From assembly GCA_012295275.1 (NCBI GenBank), contig CM022670.1:27032001-27096000 (forward strand): a stretch of 64,000 nt of DNA, written 5' to 3'. Of the stretch, positions 54,243 to 64,000 are shown one piece after another; within the stretch, counting starts at the first letter, position 1, and each line of letters opens with the position of its first letter. The translations under genes and the position numbers were made by a program. A model generated the notes under the pieces. The model was given only the letters and a program-made list of their open reading frames with translations. It was not told where the DNA came from and ran no database searches. This DNA comes from Chrysomallon squamiferum. Lineage: Eukaryota > Animalia > Mollusca.

Positions 54243-55288
54243 AAAAAAAAAGAAAAAAGAAGCCTCAGTATGAAACCAGTATGATAGCAGAGTAATTATT
54301 TATAGTTTACATTTATGCATTTCAAATCACATGCCCATCAGTTCACTCATTCACTCATCTGGTCACTCTACAGCTCACCATCTCCAAACTTATAAACATA
54401 CATACAGAACTCCCACAAATGACATGCACAAAAATACCTTCTCCATGTTTGTCAGTGAACTGGAAAGCCTGAACAAGACGAATAGTCTCGTCTACTGACC
54501 GACCCACAGGCAGATCGTTGATTGTTATCTGTCGCAGAATTCCCTTTTCATCAATGATAAACAGTCCTCTGAAAAATAACACAACTTACATAAAATCTCA
54601 AACAGGTCAAATTTATATATTTTGTAAACAGTTTAAAATGAAATTGATAATCTTCTAAACTTTTAAAATAGTGGGGGAAAAAAAAAAATAAATAATAGCA
54701 GTTGGAATGAAAATTTTGTACATAATATGCTACCTTAATAGACACACACACACGCATACCCATGCATACATACATGCATACATACATACATACATACATA
54801 CATACATACATACATACATACATACATACACCTATATATCTACATATACAATACTGATGTATACAAAACTTTATTAACTAAATAATTGGTTAATCCATAT
54901 TAAGAATGTTTAAATAGCAAATTTAAAAAGGAATGTAAAAGCAAAAAATAAAAATCTAAATAATGTGAAGTATATGCATAAATAATTTGAAACTACCTTT
55001 GGAAAAAATCTGTCAAAATAATAATTCAAATCAGTTGGCAAAAGTATAATTGTTACATAAACACAAAAGCAGTTAGGTAAAAATATAAATCTTACCTAAA
55101 AGCAATGCCCTCATCTTCTTTAAAACAACCATACATTTTGGTTATTTCCATTGTTTTGTCAGCGACCAGGGGGATCTTCATCTGACCCAGCCCACCCTGT
55201 TTTCTTGGTGTATTCACCCTGAAATCATTTATATTAATGTAAACAACACAACTGAGTTAATATTAAAATTACAGTTAAAATGAAAAGA

Positions 55289-55319
<31 letters not shown>

Positions 55320-57413
55320 ACAGGAAATTATTTTATCCTTATGTTCTGTAAAATATAAGTTTAAAATTTTCAATTAAAATGCAAATGTCACCTGACATTT
55401 TTTCTCCTATGTGTAATCTAACACTGATCAAACAAATGCATCTTCAAATATTAAAATGTAAAGCAGGCAGATTTTAGTTATTTTCATTTAATGTATTAAA
55501 TAAAAGTAGCTGTTTTAAATTGGCATTCAAATTAAACATTTAAATATATTAATATAAATGAGCAGTTTGTGTAGCAGCTGTGGACATTTCTTTGACAACA
55601 ATAAAAATAATTAATCTGCAGTTTCTCCTGTTTTTCATTCCCTCTTCATTGCATATCAAAATTACAGTTTTACAGAATTGATGAAAAAAAGGTAGGTTTT
55701 GACACCAAAATGTTAGGAAATCACTGATTTACAGAGACAACACAGAATTTAAGCAGATAGTTATTTTCAAATATTTAAATATATTAAAATATGAACACTT
55801 AAACAGAGCAACAAATTATCAGGGGCAAAACTGCTTTCTCACCATGCTAAATGGGAGAAGACACTGTCTGTGGAACAGGCCAAAACTTCACAGTTAATGC
55901 TTCGGAACTCTTCAATACGGTCACTGAATGAGATGATTTCAGTGGGGCATACAAATGTGCTGGAAAAAATATAGCAAAATAATAAAATAAACATTTAACT
56001 TGTTAACTGAACATATAAAACACTAATGTAAGCATATATGTACTCATATTACACAAACAAATGCCTCTAATAAAACGAGTACTTTCACTTGATTGTTAAA
56101 TTTGTTTATAGCTGCTAATGATGTCTGAAAATAAAATAACAACCTTTTAGGGATACATTATTTTTATCTCGTTTGTTTAAAAAACATTCTAAATGCCACC
56201 CTTGCCAAATCATTGTTTTACATTTTTTCCCATTAAATCTTTTAATGGTACCATTTATTTATTAAATTCCATTAAATATTTTAAGGCACCATTTCATTTT
56301 TTAGATGTCTTCTTTGGTGATAAATAAATCTACCTCTCAAATGGAGGCTCATATTTAATTTAATTTTTCAGGAATCATTTAAAAAAATATTTATTCCCAT
56401 CATAATCATTTTCTTAAGTGATCGTTAATGTAATTTGAGAGCAATTTGTTTGTTTATGTATGTATAAGATTTCTCTGCTTATTAGTTGTACAACTGAAAA
56501 CTTTACTTCAAGAAATTATCAATCATTTTATTTTTAATTTCATTTTAATTAAAAAATCCTTTTGTTTGCAGACAGATTTTCTTTGTTTCTTTACATTTTC
56601 AATTAGGTATTTTCGGATTTATTAAAACACAAAATCCATTCAGTCTCATAGACGTGAATTTATCAAAGTGCTGAAAGATGAAACATTTTAAGTAAATACA
56701 CAAATATTTTATATACAGATATACTTAAGGGCCCTTTTCACATCAACAGTCACACATGTATAAATAGATAATGGGAGATCCCCATAAATTTCTTTTTATA
56801 ATTTTTTTCTTTTTTAAATTTCTCAAATAACTTATTCTAACAGGTCGATTTATTTATCACCCAAGAAGATATTAATCAAAGTAGCCACACAGATATAAAA
56901 CAAATCTTAGTTTTAAAAAAGTAATAAAATATTTAATGCAAATGACTAAGCACATTTTGAGACAAAATTTACATAAACAGTTACAGGAAAGCCCATATTA
57001 CAGTTTTTATCATGAGTGTTGCATAATACAGTTTTCAGAAACCTGCTAGAACATTCCACACTCCAATCATGAAACAATTACATGGATACACAAATATGGT
57101 GGTATGTGCCAGAGCTCATTGCCTGAGTGTGACACATCATTTCTAGGTCAGTTTGCAGAACTATCCTCTATGCAAAGAATGTGTGAATTAAACATTTCCT
57201 TTCATGATAGCAGACACTAAACAAATTTTTATTTATTGACTTGATGGTGAGATACAAGGAAAGAAAATAAGGGCACAGCCATTATTACTGATTTTATTTT
57301 TATAATAAAATGATAAATGCACCCATTAAAAGTTTTGGTTTCAAAGACTTAGCATCATTCTTCAAATAGATATTTTATTTAAAAAATTTATATCCATCAA
57401 TAAATTTATAAAT

Positions 57414-57467
<54 letters not shown>

Positions 57468-59253
57468 TCACACTCGCACTCACTCACACTCACTCACACA
57501 CACACACACACACAAACATACAGTGATACACACACATATATATCAAGATACAAACTACATCTGACAATTTTTCAAAATAAATATTTAAGTTTCTAAATTC
57601 TTTTTTCCAAACTTTGAGTTACACAAATAAATTTGTACTCAGAACTTCTCACAACACAAAATTAAGTCAAAAATACAAATGTATACATGTTTTTTCTTTT
57701 TTTTTTTCACAAGCATCCTCTCAAAAACAACACCAATCAAATGTATACAAAAACAGGTTTGTTTTTTTTGCACATCATAATTACTGCCAACAACAAAATA
57801 TTAATTAACCACAACCTCAATAACCGAACAGTTAACCTTTTGCCTCCACTATTAGTTCCACTAGGTTCTAATGCCAAAGAAATGAAAAATAAAAAAACTT
57901 TCTCATGCAGTCAGCTGGTAGTTATCTATAAAATGAACAAGACATCCTAGTTGAAAAACCGGATCTCTTAATGTCAGAGCTTTTTTAAACAGAAAACCAC
58001 AAGCTTGTGTGACAAACATGAATCATCGAGTTACTAAGTGCATTACTGCTTTACAAAAATAAACCACACAAACATCTTAATTTGTTTTGTTGTTTTTTTC
58101 ACATTTTCCCCAAAAAATCTTAAGAAAATATCCTACAAAGAATTTTCTTTTTCTTTTAAAAATAATGATAATAAAATACACAACTGTAATTAGAAATAAC
58201 TCATAAACAAACTAGGTTTCTGAATTAATCCATTTTTAAATGTATGTTGTATAGTAAAACACAACAATAAATAAATAAATAAACATTCATATATTCATAC
58301 ATATATAAATATACAAAAACTAAATCAAATATTAAGAATAATAATTAACCATTTTAGAAACAATATTCAAATGAGCAAAATATTTTAAGGATTAATAGTT
58401 AAATAGCTTAAGCACTATAAATTACAGTTAATTCCCAAAATTAGTGAATGCTTTATTTTTTATTGCATTAAACTATACATAAATAAATGAAATAAAAGTC
58501 ACAATCTAAATGTAACATTAATGTTCTATCTTTAGCATGACATATCTTTACTAGCTGTGGAAAATGATTCTAACTGAGCTATTCAGCGATACAGAATCTG
58601 CAAGAACATTTATTTTCCACATGCATTGCATGAGTTGGGAAGCGACCACAGATAATAATCCACATTAGGATAACCATTATTTTGTTTTGAAAAATATATA
58701 CTAGATCCTTATCTCCTTCAGTAAGATCAGTTTTTAGTTTCTCATGTTATAAGAAACTTTTATCTTCAGTTCCATTCAACCATGAATGAATTACAGTTTT
58801 TAGCTACTTCAGAACTCACCTGAATGCCCTATTTTATACCATACAGAAAACACTTGTGATTAAAGAATACAGTGTCAAACCACAAAAGAAAAAAAATCAC
58901 GTTTCTTCTATTTTTAGACAGTTTCAGACTTTCAGTCTTCAAATATATACAGAAATTATCCCATTAGAAGTATTAAAATTAAAATAAAATATTTTATAAA
59001 TCTAATGGTAGAAGAAAAATGCAATATGTATCTTGTGTTTTAGAAAAATTTCAGATTAAAGCTTCCAAAGAATCCACACAACTAGTGTTAAAAGTAAAAA
59101 CAAAACAAATTAACTTACAAATCTAATGGGTAAAAGAAAAACTACAACATATTTTCCTCTGTAATCTGACAGCTTCACATCCTTGAAATCTCCATCGATA
59201 ACAGCTTGTGCCTTGAAGTCAGGGGCTGGTTTAGTGATCTGCAGTTTCGACAT
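53426..59253 (-). CDS. PRDX1: Typical 2-Cys peroxiredoxin (Prx1/AhpC subfamily, PRDX1/2-like), 5 coding exons, 196 aa if the 1-nt frameshift in the first coding exon is corrected
   Basis: Exons 59253-59119, 55959-55843, 55218-55096, 54568-54438, 53511-53426. [19 protein letters not shown]; peroxidatic TFVCPTEI; SHLAW; GGLG; [24 protein letters not shown]; resolving [11 protein letters not shown]; C-terminal YF. One extra T in the run at 59137-59141 breaks the frame as given. Confidence 0.93.
53584..54017. repeat. Tandem duplication (~205-230 bp x2) in the last peroxiredoxin intron
   Basis: gtttgatgattgaaagg..(A-rich)..cttaaatgaatggaacaattgttaatttgataaag..gatcagcagaaacataacttctatatac.tgtgtcgag occurs twice. 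Confidence 0.92.
54764..54830. repeat. (CATA)n microsatellite
   Basis: Direct reading. Confidence 0.95.
57414..57513. repeat. (CA)n/(CACT)n compound microsatellite
   Basis: Direct reading. Confidence 0.95.
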
Positions 59254-59991
59254 GTTTGTTTGCTAAATGAAAATAAAACTTAAAATAATAAAAATGAATA
59301 AGTTAACAAAACAAAAAACAGTTTTTTTATGTAACAAGTTAATCAGTAATTCTTCTTTTCTTCTTTTTGACAAGACTGAACAAACAATAATAATAATAAT
59401 AAAAGAAATATATTTATAAAAAAGGTATAACAACTAAACCATACTGCAGCAGTCGAATCTTCAGGTGGGAATCGAACACATATAACAGTAACATGCTTTT
59501 CAAACATTCCTTCCACAAATAAAGATTATTCCCAGTGGGGTTAAAAGCTTTATGTTCCTTTTGAAATTTTTAATACCAGTTATGAACTGTGGGTGTGTTT
59601 CTATGTAAGTAGGTCTGCGTGTGAAATGCTTGACGCCTCTGAACAATAATGTTTATTAGTGCAGAGACAGCCGAGGTTATGTGGTTAGACTAGTTTCAGA
59701 GATACTCTCTGTATGAGATTATAACTATTAAACAGCAAAACTGTTTTAAGTATCTTTTTAAGTGCTAAACATAACAAAGAATAATTATTTTAAAAAAAAC
59801 AAAAACAAAAAAAACAATTTTAATCTTTTAAGAATAATGAAATAAAACAACAATGTTAGAACATAAAAATTAATTTAAAAAGAAAAGGAAAATAAAGGTA
59901 GAAACAAAAGATAAACAATTTCCTTTTAATTACCTTTTTTACTGAGACCATTCCAAGTTTAAAAAGATCTGTGAAATTGTATAATAGACTA

Positions 59992-60040
<49 letters not shown>

Positions 60041-60725
60041 AAAAAAGGAAAAAAAAGGAAAAAATGTAAATATATATACTATAACTGAGATGATTCCTTC
60101 TAAAAAAAATATTTTCACAAATATTGTTTTACCTAATACGTTTTACTTATTAATTAAACAATGTACGTTAACAAGTAATTTCAAAATCTTACAAATTCAA
60201 GTCGATCATAACAAATTTATAATAAAAATATACCAGAAACAGATAATAAAAAGATTTTAAATAATTAGAATGTAAATTACCTGTAAATTATTATTTTTTG
60301 TTTTCAGCAATGAATGAATGAATGTTTAACAGCATAAAATTACATTTGTACCAGGTATCAAGTGGTGATAAATGTACCAGAAATTAGATGTGAAGGACAG
60401 TGACATTATTAAGCCATGAAATTTATCACAATACTGCCTGACCCAGAAAATGATCCTGCTTTTTCAGGTCAGTGATTCTGCTGAATCAGTGGGCAAGTGT
60501 TACTTTTTTTGACACTAAAATTCATGATCCATAGCTTCTTTCTTTTCCTATTCTATTTTTTTTTTTTTCATTATATAGAAGTATCTAAATAAAACAGCTC
60601 TATGGTTATTAAACAAGTATGTTTCATGTATACATGTATATGTGTATTTACATATATTAACACAAATATATACATTTATATAGCATATTATACATACATA
60701 CAATTTTTTTCTTTCAAACATACGT

Positions 60726-60728
<3 letters not shown>

Positions 60729-60816
<88 letters not shown>
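60729..60816. repeat. (CA)n microsatellite
   Basis: Direct reading. Confidence 0.95.
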
Positions 60817-60818
<2 letters not shown>

Positions 60819-61009
60819 CCTGTACATTACATAGTCAGAAATGATCTGTTGTACATGACAGTGGCTAGAAAATGAAACACAAATCAATAGGACACTTAAC
60901 AAATACATCAATATGCACAAATCAAGTAATCAGTATATTTAATCTACAGGTAAAACTTGCTGTAATAATAAACATAACTTATTTTAAATCTATTACAACA
61001 CTATCATAC

Positions 61010-61159
61010 CTGAACTGGTGACACCAACTCTGAAGATGTTTGAGAAAAAGCAGAATCACTGCTGAATGATAATTCTTTAGGGACGCTGTTTTTCTGTACT
61101 GCTGTGGATGCCTGTGATGTGCACGTCTTACTCAGAGATTCGAGATAGGCACGGTACAT
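61010..61159 (-). CDS. Putative alternative first coding exon of the peroxiredoxin (50 codons)
   Basis: ATG at 61159 opens MYRAYLESLSKTCTSQASTAVQKNSVPKELSFSSDSAFSQTSSELVSPVQ and ends CAG|gtatga in phase 0. The acceptor exon at 59262 begins CAA ACA AAC ATG, so the join is in frame. GC-richer than its flanks. Confidence 0.65.
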
Positions 61160-61239
61160 TATAAATACATTACGTTGTTATATATACACTCTCACTAATA
61201 ACCACACAGGTCTGTGAGCACACCTCTACTGCTGATGTT

Positions 61240-61253
61240 GTTGCTATGGAAAC
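61240..61253. promoter_or_regulatory. RFX X-box (internal peroxiredoxin promoter)
   Basis: GTTGCTATGGAAAC, a near-consensus X-box ~80 bp upstream of the ATG at 61159. Confidence 0.7.
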
Positions 61254-63286
61254 AATTTTATTTCCAAGCTAATTAAGGAATTTTTCAAACAGTGTGTGCA
61301 TCTATCTTCTATGGAAATGTAATCAATGTAGCTCAGGTACTTAATTGGTAAATAGCAATCACAAATGATATGGACCTAGTATCAATAGATACTGGTATTG
61401 CTCACCACAATCTGTCTTAGTTAATAACTAATGTATGTAGATAGTTTCTCAATCTTGTCTTTAAACATTTATCTTGTGACCATTCTGAAACAAGTGTATC
61501 ATCTGTTTCTATCATCTGATAATTTGTCAACTATTATAATGATTTAAAATCAAACTAAGTACCAAATAAACAAGCCTGATAAAAAATAACTTATTGACAA
61601 GACATAATTATCAAACATATTGGTAAATGATACTAACAGTGTCAACAAGAGAAATAAATTGAACTGCTGCAAAAAGGGAAATCTGTAGTCTCATTTTATT
61701 AGGTTAAACACACAGTTTTGGTGCATTTGTTAGCTATTCTGTTACTTATGGCAACTAATTTTACTAACAATAAACAACCTTAATATTACAATAAACAATT
61801 TGATGAAAAAATTAGAAAAAAAAATCACAAATTATGTTAAAATGTAGTACATTTGTGACAACACATAAAACAATTGTTTATCAAGATTTAAAGCAAAAAA
61901 TATAATAAAAGTTTTTTTGTATTCCATTTAATAAATGATGTCATTTATTATCTCAATATTAACATAGTGTGTATTCATGTGCTACCATGTGTTATGTATG
62001 TATACAGATAAACACAACTGAAAGTAATTAGAGAAGTGTTTGAATATAATCCCGTTTTATTCATATGTGTATTCCCTTTTGTTATACTTGTCTTCCTTTA
62101 TGCCTAAAGATAAACTGGATATGCTTTGATTAACAAGTACAATGTATTCACTAGTCACAATACAAATCTGATGAAATCAAGATTTGTATAACAGGATTTC
62201 ATTAGATGAATGGGACAATGCAATTTCTCACTTGTTATTTAATCAAATAAAATAACATTTAAAATGAATTGAACTGAACGTTATGCCTGCATGTAATTTT
62301 CATCTGCTATATTCATTCTTAATGAAGCCACTGATTACCGATTGTTTTAGACCCCAGTATAAAATAAAATAAAAGAATTATACTTTAAAAATGTGCATAA
62401 AGAATGAACTCTTCACCCTCTTTCTTTGATAGTAAACTGTTATATAATATGAATTCTAATAATTTTTTATTATTATTATTATAAATACAGACTGAAATAT
62501 GAATTATTTGTTTATCATTTATACATGGTCATTAGTACTTCAAAAAGTAACTATTTTTTAAACATTTTCTTTTATACTTGTCAAATTGTTAATTACAGAT
62601 AGACAGGATTCCACTAATTTACTTTTTATAATTTACTGTTCAAGATTTTTAATAACTTTCACAAATGAGTAGCATGCAAGCATTTGGTATCATTGGTTTT
62701 AAGATCAATCAAAATTTCTACCCAGTGTCCTGAAACATGGATTATCAAAAAACTTGGTAATCTTTTCCCGAATTTGGAAATATGTACATAAAATAAAACC
62801 AGTAGTTACTGATTAATATAGCCCAGAATGGCTGTATTTCACAATCATTTACTCAAGTCATATTTTTAAAATCCAATGATGTATGTTATTTATTTGGCAC
62901 AAAACTGGAATCATCGTTAAAGATATATTTTTATTATTATTTATTTATCTTTTTGTAACTGTAATAATTGCAGTAAAATATTATTTCTCCCATCTGACAA
63001 TGCATAAAATAAAATGACCATTTCTTATTAACTTAAACAATAAAAATTAATATATTAATAATATTATTGTATAATAAAATAATGTGAAAAAATGTATATA
63101 AAAATGTTTAGAAAACGAACGGATTAGATACGCTTTTAATGATTAATATTATTCGAAGAATATATATTCGTAAATGTACATTTCTTACTTTTTAACTTTT
63201 GTGCTTTAAATATTTGATGACACAGACTGGATTACGTAAGTTAGATTGAAACGAAATTACAACACCATCGAACTTTGAACATCATT

Positions 63287-63556
63287 TGACATTGCCGCAT
63301 AGCGTTGCAGCATGAATGAGAAAATCATAAAACGGCGAATAAAAACAACAACAATATAAAGAAAACTTTTACCTATGATCTTTTTTAAAATTTATGTTTC
63401 TTTAACATTTTATAAATCAGAATAAAGACATTACCTTTACCTGGAATTGCAAAATCCTAGAAGAAAAAATTAGACCTCGCACACTACCGAGTGCAAAAAC
63501 AACCACGTGATTTGATGTCTGACCTGAACTTCCGGGCTGTTGCACATTGACTGTGC
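63287..63556 (-). promoter_or_regulatory. Distal peroxiredoxin promoter and non-coding first exon (donor at 63440)
   Basis: ttccag|gtaaag donor at 63441/63440; CACGTG 63504-63509; ETS-type ACTTCCGG 63528-63535; ARE cores TGACnnnGC at 63548-63556 (TGACTGTGC) and 63287-63295 (TGACATTGC); CpG-richer island. Confidence 0.6.
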
Positions 63557-63652
63557 CCACAAAAAAGGTTTAAACGACCAACTTCAAAAAAAAAAATAAT
63601 AATAATAATAATAAATAAATAAATAAATAAATAAAAATATAATTTAAAAATA

Positions 63653-63685
<33 letters not shown>

Positions 63686-64000
63686 TAGAAAAGCACTATC
63701 TCTGTAAATCATTTGTTACATAATATTTGTTTAAGGGTCTCCTAAGATACAGTTAATTGTAAATATTGTTTGTAACAGGAATCCAACTATTTTAACCTGC
63801 GACTGCTGAAATTGAAAATTCTTAATCGATTTTTAGTAATTAGTTTTGAATATATCTAAGTACAAATAAGACTAAGTTATCGAGCTGACTTACAATTCAT
63901 ATTTTAATATAATACATAATATAAGAAGGATAGTAATCATTGGTACCACGAACTGACGAATATTTTCATGCAGAACTGAATTCATTTTTGACAGTTTCTA

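Noticed and set aside
59440-59490. B-box-like GTTCGATTCCC on the minus strand
   Set aside because: No cloverleaf or matching A-box; at most a decayed SINE head, not a tRNA gene.
60275-60290. Adjacent cag|gtaatt on the minus strand (recursive splice site or third 5' exon)
   Set aside because: Upstream sequence is A-rich with no pyrimidine tract and no open frame; unsupported without reads.

Overview
AT-rich, microsatellite-rich eukaryotic genomic DNA with GT-AG introns. It is from an invertebrate animal; a mollusc is my inference from gene content and repeat style. Left to right: (1) the probable promoter and 5'-UTR exons of a minus-strand gene leaving the left edge; (2) two tandem paralogous minus-strand ORFs encoding small coiled-coil proteins (2198-2650, 5812-6321); (3) an uncharacterised multi-exon minus-strand gene of ~716 aa (11053-20965, 5' end near 27.0 kb); (4) head-to-head with it, a complete 21-exon MAP3K1/MEKK1 orthologue (28248-43235, ~1405 aa); (5) a convergent typical 2-Cys peroxiredoxin (53426-59253, minus). 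The peroxiredoxin carries a 1-nt frameshift as given, and appears to have two promoters: a distal one with ARE cores and an internal one with a near-consensus RFX X-box, whose exon adds an in-frame 53-aa N-terminal extension. Also present are a Tigger/pogo remnant, SINE/MITE-like fragments, minisatellites, local duplications and a perfect 24-bp hairpin. All exon models were built by hand from splice signals and reading-frame phase; no database search was run.
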